Assembly (NCBI GenBank): GCA_963847705.1
Contig: CAWKBC010000017.1
Span: 160,001 to 224,000 of the forward strand
Reading direction: 5' to 3'
DNA length: 64,000 nt
Source: an uncultured Pseudomonadota bacterium
GTDB lineage: Bacteria; Myxococcota_A; Polyangia; Fen-1088
Shown here: positions 23,674 to 35,353 of the stretch, in pieces
Layout of the letters: the number at the start of each line of letters is the position of its first letter
How positions within the stretch are numbered: the first letter of the stretch is position 1
Notes under the pieces: model-generated
Database searches by the model: none
Seen by the model: only the letters and a program-made list of their open reading frames with translations
What the model was told of the DNA's origin: nothing
Translations under genes and position numbers: made by a program

Positions 23674-24609
23674 TCAGGACGCGAAGACCGTCTTCCAGTC
23701 GTTCTTCACGCTGGCCACCGCCCAGTCGCTCTTGTGGGCCAGCGCCAGCGCCTCCTCGGCGCCTGCCTGGTAGGCGAACTCCCGCTGCTCGTCGTCGTGC
23801 TCGACCAGCAGCGCCAGCGACGGACGCGCCGGGTGGGCGCAGAAGTGGAGCATCGGGATGTCGCCGTTCGAGTTCCCGCCGGCCAGGATGGGGCGCCGGC
23901 CGATGGCATCCCAGATGGCGACCGGCTTCTCTGCCCCGTCGTCGAAAAGGCCCAGCTTCGGGACGTGCACCAGCGTGGCGAAGGGGCCGTCATCGCGGTA
24001 CTTGAGCACCGCCGAGCTGCCGATCACGTGGTCGGTGGGGATGCCGTAGTAGGTCTCGGCGACGGCGCGGATGAAGTCGCGGCCGCCGCCCGTGACGATG
24101 TAGCTCGAGAATTCGTTCGCGGCGAGATAGCGGAGCAGCTCGAACATGGGCTGGTAGACGCAACGGACGTAGGGGCGCCCGAGCTTCGGGTTCTTGGCGG
24201 TGGTGAGGAACGCCTTGGCCGCCCCTTCGAAGTCCTCGATCGTCGTGTCCGCGTAGGCGGCCAGAAGGCCTCCGGCCATCTCCTGGAGCTCGCTGTCGTC
24301 GCCGCGGTAGTGCTTGGCGATGACACCGCCCAGCCAGGCGTAGTCCTTCTCCACGACGGCCTTCCAGGGCTGGCGGGCGCTGAGGGTCGGATCGCGGGCC
24401 GCCATCTCCCCGATGCGGCGAAACAGGAAATCGGCCTGGACCGGCAGCGGCTTCTCGCACCAGAGCGTGCCGTCGTTGTCGAACACCGCCACGCGATCGG
24501 CAGCAGGAACGTGGTCGCTTCCGCCGCGCCCGGTCACCCGTTCGACGAAGTCGACGATGGCCCGCTTGGCCGGACCGTCATTCCACGACGCAAGCTGATC
24601 TGGCGGCAT
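23674..24609 (-). CDS. HAD-family hydrolase (acid phosphatase-like)
   Basis: VFDNDGTLWCEKP, IVTGGG, GNSNGDIPML. Confidence 0.88.
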   Translation of the reverse strand: MPPDQLASWNDGPAKRAIVDFVERVTGRGGSDHVPAADRVAVFDNDGTLWCEKPLPVQADFLFRRIGEMAARDPTLSARQPWKAVVEKDYAWLGGVIAKHYRGDDSELQEMAGGLLAAYADTTIEDFEGAAKAFLTTAKNPKLGRPYVRCVYQPMFELLRYLAANEFSSYIVTGGGRDFIRAVAETYYGIPTDHVIGSSAVLKYRDDGPFATLVHVPKLGLFDDGAEKPVAIWDAIGRRPILAGGNSNGDIPMLHFCAHPARPSLALLVEHDDEQREFAYQAGAEEALALAHKSDWAVASVKNDWKTVFAS

Positions 24610-24694
24610 CGGTGGTCGTCCCGGAGATCAAGCTGCATCGGGACCTCTCACCGGCAATCCCGCGCGGTGCGTTCTCAGCCAGCGACTTACGCGC

Positions 24695-27600
24695 TCAGAA
24701 CATCAGGCCGACGTTGACGTGGAGGACGCCGATGCGGGTGTCGCCTGGGCCGGGATCGAGCGGCCAGCCCCAGGCCAGGCTGACGTCACCGATCGGCAGG
24801 CGAATGAGCAGCGGCGAGACGCCCACGCCATGGCGAAACTGCGAGAGCCCGAGCCCGGAGAACGAGTCGGCGACCACGCCGTTGTCCATGAACACCGAGC
24901 CGTACCAGGGGGGGAGAATCGGGAACTGCAGGTCGATGTTCTGCAGGATGCGCATGTTGCCGCCGAGCGGGTGGTACTCGACGACGCAGAGGCCGCAGCC
25001 CCCCTGGGGGTTGGGGACCAGCGGGAACTGCTCGACCTCCACGCGCGCATGATCGAGCTGGTAGCCGCGGATGGTTGTGTCGCCGCCGGCGAAGTAGCGC
25101 TCGACCTTGGGGAGGAGCGCCGCGCCGCCGAAGGGGAAGCCTTGGTCGTAGCGGAAACCATGCCGCAGGTAGATGTGCTTGCCGAGCGGGATCACCGACA
25201 GCGAGTGGACCCCCACCTTGAGGAAGGTGTCGTCGCCGATCGCGAAGGGGAACGGCCGCAGCGGCAGCGAGAGGGCCGGCAGCGCCAGCTCGGCGATGGC
25301 GTCGATCCGAAAGCCGCGCGTGGGGAGCAGCCGGTTGTCCATGCGCAGCCACTCGACGTTGGCGGAGAGGCTGCCGACCGTCGTCCCCAGGGTCACGTTC
25401 TGGGTGGTCTCGTTGGGCCCGGCCTCGCGCAGCAGCGGCTCGGTGTGGGTGGTGTTGCGCAGGTTGTAGTGCAGCCCGGCGTCGACGCCCGGGTACATCT
25501 CGCGCGAAAAGCCGATCGACCCGCCGCCCGAGTGAATGTCCCCCAGCCGCACCGTCTCCTGCTTCAGATAGGTGAACGAGGCGTCGAAGCGGAACAGCGT
25601 GCCGAGGAAACGCCTGTCGAGAAACCCCACGTTGCCCCGGAGGATGGCGGTGCCGTAGGTGAGCTGGCTGGTGAGCGTCCAGCCGCGCCCGGCCAGGTTG
25701 CGGTCGTCGTAGCCGCCGCGCACGTAGACCCCGAAGGGGAACGACGAGTCGGGTGGCTTCTGATCGGTCGAGGCGCCGGCCCCCAGGTGGAGGACCTGGT
25801 ACTGCTCGTAGCGCTCCTCGACGTTGACCAGCATCGGGACGCTCTGGTCCGTCGAGCCGTTGAGCGGCCGGTCGTCCTTGCCCGGGAACGAGATGGGCGA
25901 GGCGTTGTTGAACAGCTGGAGAAATCCGATGTCGCGCTGGCTGCGCTCGACCGGGGTGGTGCGGAGGGAGTCGCCGGTTCCCAGGCGGAATCTGCTGCAG
26001 GATCGTGCGCGGTCGGGTGACGAAGTTGCCCCGCACGAAGATCGGCCCCACCCGCATGCGCGGGCCCAGCGTCACCGCCCAGGCCAGCGACACTTCGTTT
26101 CCCTTGCGGTTGACGTCGGGGGTGACGGTCGCCGTCGGGTACCCGGCGTCCCCCAGGAGCCGCACCAGCCGCTTGGCGTCGGCGGTGACCGTGGGCGGGG
26201 CGTAGGGGGCGCCCGGACGCAGCGTCAGGCTGCCGAGCAAGAACCGCGGGTCGTAGGGGAGGGGGGTGCCGTCGGTGCTGCGCAGATCCTCGGCCGCCAG
26301 GATCAGGCGCGGACCCTCGTCGATGGTGAACCGGACGTAGAGCGCGCCGGCCTCGCGCGAGGCGGTCTCGGCGGCGGCGGCGGTCGCGCCGAGCGCGCCG
26401 ACGGCGGCCGGCGCGGTGGCGGCGTCGACGCGCGCCTTGGCCTCGACGAAGCCGCGGGCGTGATAGTGCTCGAGCAGGCGCTCGACGTCCTGTTCGAGCT
26501 GCTTGCCGGTGGCGTAGCCGCCCGACCCGATCCCCCAAAATGGGTAGGGCCGCACCGAGACGACCTCGGCCAGCTCCTGCGGCGAGAGCAGCCGCGCGCC
26601 GGCGAACTCGACCCGGTGCACCTTGAGCACCGGCCCCTCGTCGATCGAGAACACGATCCGCTCCTGCTCGTCCGACAGCCGCTCCCGCCGCCACTCGACC
26701 CGGGCGAAGAAGTGCCCCTGCTGCTGGTAGCGGCGCTGGATGGCGTCGGCGCTGGCGCCGACCTCGTAGTCGTCGTAGGACCCGCGGGAGAACAGGGTCA
26801 GCTCGTCCTGCAACGACGACGACGACTGGCTGGCGTTCCCCTCGAAGGCGACGGCGATCCGCTTGCGCTCGTTGATGGAGATGCCGACCCGGACGTTCTT
26901 GGCGGCCCGATCGACGCTCTTCTGGACGCTGAAGTCGGTGGTCACGCGAACACCGGCGAACCCCAGCGCGCGGTAGCGCTTGGTGACCGCGTCCATGTCC
27001 TCGCGCAGCTGCTTCTGGGTGAAGGGGACCGGCGTGTTCCAGAGGGTGATCCAGTCGCCGTGCCGGAACATCGGATCGAGCTCGTCGGTGGCGATGGCGT
27101 GGTTGCCGGTGAAGGTGATGGGCCCGAGCGGATAGGCCGGGCCGAGGCGAACCGAGACGTAGAGATCGAGCGAGCCCGGGGCGCTCCCCGACCGGGCGTC
27201 GAGACCGACGTTTGCCTCGAAGTAGCCCCGGCTGCGCAGGAAGTCGATGATCAGCTCCCGCTCGCGCTCCAGCACGGCGACCCTCTCGGGGCCGGCGGGC
27301 GGCAGCGTCTGGCCGGGGCGGATGGTGATGCGGCGCTGGATCTCGTCCTGCTGGATGCGGCGGTTGCCGCTGACGAACACGTAGCGCAGGCGTTCATAGG
27401 GGAGCAGCGTCGCCACGAGGAGCACGCCGCCCGGCGCCGGGCGGGTGCTGAAGACGGCGCGGTAACCGACGGCATCCAGCGCCTGCACGAGCCGCGGGAT
27501 CGTCCCGAAGGGACGCCCGATCCGATCGCTCGGGCCCGACTCGACGAAGGGGTCGCCGAGGGCGGCGACCGAGAACATCAGGGCGCGGAGCTGGTCATCG

Positions 27601-27860
27601 GAGTCGATGCGCGAGCCGCCCAGCTCGTAGCCGACGATCGGGATGCGCGCGGCCGGGGCGGCGCTGCCCGGCGGCGCGTGCGGCTCGGGGGCGGAGGTGG
27701 GCGCAGGCGCAGGTGCCACCGGGGCCGCGGACGGGGGCGCAGGCGTCGAGGTGACGGCGGGCGCGGCCCTCTCCGCCGCTGGGGTCTGGGCGCGGACGGC
27801 TGGCGCCGATACCGCCAGCGCAAACACGATCGCCGCGAGCGCGATCGAACCTCTCTTCAT
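24695..27860 (-). pseudogene. Omp85 (BamA/TamA) family protein with POTRA domains, split by a +1 frameshift near 25985 (real or sequencing error)
   Basis: Signal peptide and POTRA repeats in ORF 24786..27860; barrel with RYFAGGDTTIRGY and terminal Phe in ORF 24695..25834; removing one base joins them (1054 aa). Confidence 0.82.
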
Positions 27861-27867
27861 CTCGGGT

Positions 27868-30800
27868 TCATCGCCGTCTTATCGCGTAGTCGAGCCGCAA
27901 TTCGAGGTTGTAGTTGAGGGGGAGCGTCTCCGGGACCCCCTGCTCGGAGGAGAGGCGGATCTGCTCGATGCCGCCGCCGACGGTGAAGTAGTCGAGCAGC
28001 CAGAGATTCCCCGAGCCGTTCCAGTGGCTCTGGTTCTGGAACCCCTGCAGGTAGTCGAACTGCAGATCGCCGTAGCGGCTCACCCGCTTGCGGATGCGCC
28101 CCTCGAAGCCGTCGGAGCCGACGGTGAGCCGCAGGTTGAGGCCGGTCAGCCGCTGAAAGGTGTCGTCGATGTAGGGTTCCATCAGGTTGGCCACCGTGTC
28201 GCGCGTGGCCTGCCCGGCGATGTCGGCGCCGGTCGTCAGGTTGGCGCCGACCGTGGCGTTCTGCGTGCCGAACGGGCTGCTGGTCGAGACGGAGGTCCGC
28301 CCCGTCAATAACAGGAACGCGGTCTGATTGCGATCGAGCCCGTCGTCACTGGAGAGATCGATCTGCGCCTCGCGCAGCGGGCCGTTGATCCGCATGTGGA
28401 CGTTGTGGTCGACGCCGTTGGCGTCGGTGACCAGGTTGGTGGCCTCGATCTGGATGTCCGGCGTGTCCCCGTCGGCGATCGACTTGGTGGCGATGAAGGT
28501 GACGTGGTTGACGTTGGGGACCAGGTCGAAGTCGCCGCGCATGAAGGGGATGTTGAAGCGCCCGTCGGTGGGGCGGATGTCACCGGCCAGCTGGGGGATC
28601 GCCAGCGTCCCCCCGACGTGCAGGACGATGTCGGCGTGGATCTCGGGGGCCAGGTTGTTCTGCACGACGAAGCCGTCGCCCACGGTGCGCACCGACATGT
28701 CGAGGCGCAGATGTTCGAGCAGCGGCTTGCCGTCGTAGAACGGCAGCACCGTCGACTCGTCGACCCGCGGCCGCAGTGCCAGGTTCTGCACCTGGAAGGC
28801 CTGCAGGTAGCGTCCCGAGACGAGCCGAACCTCACCCCCCAGGCCGAACCCCTGTTCGAGGTTCCCCTTGAGATCGAGATCGAAGGCCAGGTCGTCGACC
28901 TCGAACACCCCGGGGCTGCGGTAGGTGAGCCGCTCGCCATGGAGGGGAAGATCGAAGTTGCCCGGCTTGAAGGGGAGGAGGTTGGTGAACTGGACCCGGC
29001 CGGCACGCACGCCCGAGGCGCCGATGACCAGGAGGCCCTGGTCGTCGAACAGCACCTTGACGTTGTGGAGGATGACGCCCTCGTTGCTGATCTCGACGAT
29101 CCCGCTTTGCACCTGCACCTCGCTGCCCAGATCGCGCAGCCGGAAGTCGATGGTGTCGAGGTCGAGGCGGCCGCGGATGTCGGGTTTGAGCAGGGTCCCC
29201 CGCAGGTGGGCCCGGATGTGGGCCTTGCCTTGCGCGTCGGAGACGGCGTCCGGCGCCGCGTAGGCCAGGAGCCGCGCGCTGACGTCGCCGTCGACGTCGG
29301 CCTGGAGATTCTCCGGGACGAACCCGGGCCCGAGCGTGGCGCGGCCGCCCAGCTTCATCGTCGCGCCGTCGACGGTGACGGCCAGGTTCTCGATCGCCAC
29401 GCCGCCGCCGCTGGTGAGCGCGAACCGCCCGGAGTCGACCACGATGTCGCGGTTGAGCTCGTGCGGGCGGACGTGGATCGCGTTCACGATCACCACCTCC
29501 CCGCGAACGTCGGGGCGATCGAGCGTCCCGCCGGCGGTCAGCTCGGCGCGCAGATCGCCGCCCAGCCGATCGATGGTGGCAGCTCCAGCCACCGCCCCCA
29601 GAAATGGCTGCAAGAGCTCGAGGTCCAGGTGACCGGAGAGCGCCCCGGAGATGGCGCGCCCGTCGAGCCGCGCTTCCACCCGCAGGTCGCCGCCGTCGGT
29701 GGCGAAGTGCGCCTCGTCGAGCGCGATGTGATCGCCGGCGACGTGGACGTGCACCGGGCGCGCCGCCTCGATCCGGACCCGCTGCATGGTGGTCTCGCCA
29801 TTGGGACCGTCGACGGCGCGGGCGATCGAGAGCCACAGCTCGGGCAGAAGGACGTCGAGCGCCAGCGGCTGCCCCGGCTCGAGATCGACGGCCACCCGCC
29901 CGCTGGCCACGCTCCGGCCGTCGCCCAGGGCGACCAGCTCGGGCGCCAGCGTGTGGAGCTCGAGCCGGCGGAAGGCGACGCGGCCGTGAACGCTGGGCCC
30001 CTTGGGCAGGAGCGCGGCGTCGACGTCGACGTCGAACCGGTCGAACAGCTGGCCGTGAACCGCGACCCCGGGCGCCCGCGTCGGTCCGACCGTGGCCGGC
30101 GTCAGCGCCAGGTGTCCCTTGCCGAGGTGGACACCGCGCACCACCACCTCGGTGAGATCGATGTCGCCCGCCAGCTCGGGGCGCTCCGGCCGCCCGGCGA
30201 CGTGCAGCTTGGCGCTGACGAAACCGCTCACCGGGACGTTGGAGGTCGCGACGCCGGGGATGGCCGCCAGCGGAAACTTGGAGAGCGCGAGGTCGAGATC
30301 GAGATCCTGGTGGGCCAGGCCGACCCGACCATGCACGTCGGCCGCGCCGCCGCCGTGGTGGGCGACGCGCAGCGCCTCGATGGCCAGCGTCTTGCCGTCG
30401 AGCGCCAGGTTCACGGGGCCGAGGGAGAACCTGTCGCCGAGCGCGGCGATCGGCGTGCCGGCCGGGATGGCGACGTGGGCGGTCACGGCGTCGAGCGGAC
30501 CGTGCGCCTCGGCGGAGAGGGTGAGTCGACCGGTGACGCCGGCTTCGGGGGCCAGCGCCGCGAGATCGAGGTCGCGCGCCTCCAGCTTCAGGTCGACGAC
30601 GGGCGACCTGAGCGGCTTGCCGGCGCGCTTCTCCCAGAGCCGCAGCGAGCCGTGCGCGTCGAGCCGCCCCCCGAACGCCGGCCCCGAGAGCCGATCGAGG
30701 TGCGCTAGACCGTGCTCCAGCCCGAAGCGCACGCCGAGCTCGCCCAGAGTGCGCTTTCCTGCGCCGAGGCCGTGAACCGTCGCCTCGCCTGAGACGTCCG

Positions 30801-32396
30801 GATCGTCGAAGCTGCCGTTGGCCTGAAGACCGACGCGCGCGTCCTTGCCGAGCGGAGGGAGGCCCAGCTCTCCGCAGAGGCGTCCGAGATCGAAGGCCAC
30901 CACCGTGAGCGCCAGGTCGATGAGCTGCCGGTCGAGGTTCACCGACCCGCGCGCGGTCGCGTCGGCGCCGGCGACCGAAACCGTCAGCCCGCCGGTCTTC
31001 ACCCGGCCGGCCGCCAGCTCGGCGCCCCCGTGCACGCGCACTTCGCGGGGGAGGCCGGGCGCGCCCGCGCGGGTGAATTTGAGATCGATCCTCTCGAGAC
31101 GCGCCGACTTCTTGCCGAGCTCGGCGTGCGCCTCGATCTTCCCGTCGAGGCGCCCGCCGCCCAGCGGCCGCAGCTCCCGCGGCAGATAGCTCTCGGTGTG
31201 AAACCCGGCCAGGCCGAGCGCCGCGTCGAGGGAGAGGGTGTTGACGTCGAGGTGGGCCTCGAGGCTCAGCTTGCCGCCGCCGGGCGCGCCCAGCCCGAAG
31301 CGCGTCACGTCCACGCGCCCGGCGCCGCCGTCGAACGCCAGGTCGAGGCCAAGGTCCTGCGCGCGGTCGTCGCCGTAGCGGACGTCGAGCCCGCGAATCG
31401 CCGCCGCCACCTTGATCTTGGCGAAGGGCTGCGTCAGGTCGGCGGTGATCTCGGCGTGCTCACCCGTCACCGCCAGCCCCGTCAGCCCCTTGCCCGCGGC
31501 GACGGCGGTCAGCGCATCTCCTGCCCGCGCGAAGGCGACGTGCAGGTTGATCCCCGGGACGCTGGTCGCGCCGTAGATGCCGGTGAAGGCGCCCAGGCCG
31601 GTCAGCTGACTTCGGCCGGTGTCGGCCTCCCCGAGATCGAGCTGGATGTCGTCGGGGTGATCCTGCGTGGTGGCGATCCGGTTGATCACCACCCGATCGA
31701 GCGGCAGGACGTTGTCATCCATGATCCGCAGAAAGCCGCCCCCCTCCGCCACCACTTGACGCGCGTCGAACCCGAAGATCGGATGCCGGGGATCGAGCGT
31801 CGACTGGATCAGCGAGACGGTTCCATGCGCATGCCGCAGCTCCAGCCCCCAGGCGCCGGGGAAGTCGAACACCGCGGTGAGATCGCCCAGCTCGGCGTCA
31901 CCGATCTCGAACTTCGAGCCCGGCCCTGGCGGCGTGCCCGGCGGCGGCGGGGGGGCGGCGTCTTCGGGGCCAGCGCCGCCAGAAAACCGATCGCCTCGCC
32001 GTGTTTGAGCTGGGCGAAGCGCCAGAGGGCCCTGGGCACGCGCAGCTCCTGGATCGAGAAGCTGCCGCCGATCAGTGTCCGCAGCTTCACCCTCGCTTCG
32101 AGATGAGGAACGTCGAGGACCACCGTCCCTTCCGGATCGACGATCTGCAGCCCCTCCACGGCGATCGGGCTCGGCGCGTCGGTCACCAGATCGGCGAGCG
32201 CCCGGAGGTGCCAGGTGACGCCGCCGATGTGCATCTTCCCCGCGTTGGGCGGCAGCGCCCCTTCGATCAGACGCCCGAGGCGCGGACCCTGCAGCACCAC
32301 CGAGACCGCCAGCACCGCCAACACGATCGTCGTCCCGAGGCCCAGCGCGACGATGCGGGCGAGGCGGGCGACACGAGCGAGACGAGGCCTCGGCAA
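27868..32396 (-). pseudogene. tamB: TamB/AsmA-like translocation-assembly module protein, split by a -1 frameshift in the G7 run at 31949-31955
   Basis: N-terminal TM anchor in ORF 31809..32396; beta-rich repeats and DUF490-like C-terminus in ORF 27868..32415; G8 restores a 1509-aa frame; upstream of the Omp85 gene. Confidence 0.75.
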
Positions 32397-32435
32397 TGGG
32401 GAACCATTGTGTCATAAACGCCCCGGGCCGTGCCT

Positions 32436-35279
32436 ATGTCCGATGACACATCCGAAGACCGCGCCGCGCCCGCTTCGGGGGCTCAGGTTCCGGCCTCCGC
32501 CTCGAGCTCGGCCGCGACCGCGACGTCGACCTCGGCCGGCAAGCCGAGCCTGTTCATCGTCGACGCGCTGAACTTCCTGTTCCGGGCCTTCCACGCGCTG
32601 CCGCCGCTGACGACGACCAAGGGGCTGCAGACCGGCGCCGTCTACGGCCTGTGCCAGATGATCCTGCGCATCGAGCGCGAGGAGCGGCCCACCCACCTCT
32701 GCGTCGTCTACGACGCCCCCGGCGACAACTTCCGCAACGAGATCTTTCCCGCCTACAAGGCGCACCGCCCGCCGATGCCGCCCGAGCTGGCGGCGCAGAT
32801 GGCGCTGGCCCGCCAGGTGGTCGAGGCGTTCGGCCTGACCCAGCTGGAGGTGGCCGGGTTCGAGGCCGACGACATCATCGCCACGCTGGCCAAGGTGGCC
32901 AAGGCCGCCGGAATGCAGGTGGTGATCTGCTCGTCGGACAAGGATCTGATGCAGCTCTGCGATGGCGACGTGTCGGTGCTCGACACCATGAAGAACCGCA
33001 GGCTGGGGGTGGCGGAGGTGCGCGAGAAGTTCGGCGTTCCGCCCGAGCTGGTGGGCGACGTGCTGGCGCTGATGGGCGACAGCATCGACAACGTTCCCGG
33101 CGTGGCCGGCATCGGGCCCAAGACCGCCGCCGAGCTGATCAACAAGTTCGGCTCGCTGGACGGCGTGCTGGCCGGCGCGGGCGAGATCAAGGGAAAGCGC
33201 GGCGCCTCCATCGTGGAGGCGCGTGACTCGATTCGGCTCTCGCGCGAGCTGGTGCGGCTGCGCGACGACGTGCCGCTGCCGAAGACCCTGGCGGAGCTGC
33301 ACCGGATCGATCCCGATCAGCAGCGCCTGGGCGGGCTCTTCCGCGAGCTCGAGTTCTCCCGGCTGGCCGAGCAGCTGGCGGCGTTCGATCGGGAGAACGC
33401 CGCCAAGGCGCCCGGGGCAGGTCCGGGCGCCGCGCCGCCGCCGGTCGCGCCGGCGCCCGTTCCCGAGCCACCGGTCGCCGTCGACACCATCCTCGACCGC
33501 GCGGCGCTCGCCGAGCTGGCGCGGCAGATCGCGGCGGCGGGGGCGGTCGGGATCTCCGCGCTCTACGATGGCGTGTCGGCCGTGCGCGGCGATCTGGTCG
33601 GGCTGGGGTTCGCGCTCCCGGCCGGGCGGCGGGTCTATCTGCCGTTCCACCACCGCTACCTCGGCGCCCCGGTCTGCCTCCCCGAGGCGGCGCTGGCCGA
33701 CCTGGGCGACGTGCTGGCCTCGCCCGCGGTCGCCAAGCACGCGCACGACGTCAAGACGCTGGAGGTGCTGCTCGGGCAGCGCGGGCTGGCGCTGGGGGGC
33801 GTGGCCTCGGACCCGATGCTGGCGGCCTACCTGCTCGACGCCGCGCGCACCCACTACGATCTCGACGTCGTCGCCGCGTCCGAGGGGATCGCGCCACCAG
33901 CGGCGCGCGGCAGCTGGATGGGGACGGGCGCCTCGGCGCGCCCGGGCTCGGACATCTCGGTCGAGGAGGTCGGCCCGCGGCTCGGCGCCGAGGCTGCGGC
34001 CTCGCTGGCGCTGGCCGACCGGCAGGCGCCCCTGATCGTCAACGGTGGTTTCGAGTCGCTCTACCGCGACATGGAGCTGCCGCTCGCCGATCTGCTGGCC
34101 AAGGTCGAGTGCCGCGGCATCCTGCTCGACGTCGGCAAGCTGCGCGAGATCGGCCACGAGGTCGGGACTTCCTTGGTGGCCCTGGAATCGGAGATCCACG
34201 CCATGGCCGGCGGGCCGTTCAACATCGCCTCCAACAAGCAGCTGGCCGACGTCCTGTTCGGCAAGCTGTCGCTGCCGGTGGGCCGGCGGACCAAGACCGG
34301 CCCGTCGACCGACGCGGACACGCTGGAGGAGCTGGCCGCGCTCCACCCGGTGCCGGCCAAGATCGTCGAGTTCCGGGCGCTGTCCAAGCTGCGTGGGACG
34401 TACATCGATGCGCTCCCGGCGCTGGTGAATCCCGCGACCGGGCGGCTGCACACCTCGTTCAATCAGGCGGTCGCCGCCACCGGGCGGCTGTCGTCGAGCA
34501 ACCCGAATCTCCAGAACATCCCCATCCGCACCGAGCTCGGCCGGCGGATTCGAGAGGCGTTCGTCGCCAAGCCGGGGCATCTGCTGGTCTCGGCCGACTA
34601 CTCGCAGATCGAGCTGCGGATCCTGGCGCATTTCTCCCAGGATCCCGCCTTTCTCGAGGCGTTTCGCTCGGGTCAGGACATCCACCTCCGCACGGCGGCC
34701 GAGGTGTTCGGCGTCCCGCTGGAAGGGGTCACCGGGGAGCAGCGCCGGATCGCCAAGGCGATCAACTTCGGCCTGGTGTTCGGGCAGAGCGACTTCGGCC
34801 TGGCGCAGGTGCTGCGCATTCCGCGCGCGCAGGCCCGCGCCTACATCGACAGCTATTTCGCGCGCTACGCCGGCGTGCGGGCTTACATGGAGCGCGCCAT
34901 CGCCGACGCGCGCGCGGACGGGGCAGTCTCCACGCTGCTCGGGCGGCGGCGGCCGCTCCCGGAGATCCACGCCACGCGGGCACAGGATCGCGCCTACGCC
35001 GAGCGGATCGCGCGCAACACCCCCATCCAGGGCTCCGCCGCCGACCTCCTCAAGCTGGCGATGATCCGCGTCGAGGGGGGGATCGCCCGCAAGGGGGGGG
35101 CCGTGGCGCATGCGGCCCTGCTGCTCACGGTTCACGACGAGCTGGTGTTCGAGGTTCCGGAAGCCGGCGTTCCAGACTTCAAGCAATGGATTAAGAACGA
35201 AATGGAAATGGTCTTCGAGCTGGCGGTTCCGCTGGTGGTCGATGTCGGCGCGGGTGCCACCTGGGGCGCGGCGCACTAG
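32436..35279 (+). CDS. polA: DNA polymerase I
   Basis: 5'-3' exonuclease (EADDIIATL, GDSIDNVPGV); TGRLSSSNPNLQNIP; ADYSQIELR; VHDELVFE. Confidence 0.97.
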   Translation: MSDDTSEDRAAPASGAQVPASASSSAATATSTSAGKPSLFIVDALNFLFRAFHALPPLTTTKGLQTGAVYGLCQMILRIEREERPTHLCVVYDAPGDNFRNEIFPAYKAHRPPMPPELAAQMALARQVVEAFGLTQLEVAGFEADDIIATLAKVAKAAGMQVVICSSDKDLMQLCDGDVSVLDTMKNRRLGVAEVREKFGVPPELVGDVLALMGDSIDNVPGVAGIGPKTAAELINKFGSLDGVLAGAGEIKGKRGASIVEARDSIRLSRELVRLRDDVPLPKTLAELHRIDPDQQRLGGLFRELEFSRLAEQLAAFDRENAAKAPGAGPGAAPPPVAPAPVPEPPVAVDTILDRAALAELARQIAAAGAVGISALYDGVSAVRGDLVGLGFALPAGRRVYLPFHHRYLGAPVCLPEAALADLGDVLASPAVAKHAHDVKTLEVLLGQRGLALGGVASDPMLAAYLLDAARTHYDLDVVAASEGIAPPAARGSWMGTGASARPGSDISVEEVGPRLGAEAAASLALADRQAPLIVNGGFESLYRDMELPLADLLAKVECRGILLDVGKLREIGHEVGTSLVALESEIHAMAGGPFNIASNKQLADVLFGKLSLPVGRRTKTGPSTDADTLEELAALHPVPAKIVEFRALSKLRGTYIDALPALVNPATGRLHTSFNQAVAATGRLSSSNPNLQNIPIRTELGRRIREAFVAKPGHLLVSADYSQIELRILAHFSQDPAFLEAFRSGQDIHLRTAAEVFGVPLEGVTGEQRRIAKAINFGLVFGQSDFGLAQVLRIPRAQARAYIDSYFARYAGVRAYMERAIADARADGAVSTLLGRRRPLPEIHATRAQDRAYAERIARNTPIQGSAADLLKLAMIRVEGGIARKGGAVAHAALLLTVHDELVFEVPEAGVPDFKQWIKNEMEMVFELAVPLVVDVGAGATWGAAH

Positions 35280-35353
35280 GGCGGAAGTTGACACAAATGG
35301 ACCCCCATCCGGGGCGCGCGAATCGAATCCAGTCGGGTATGATGATTCAACTG

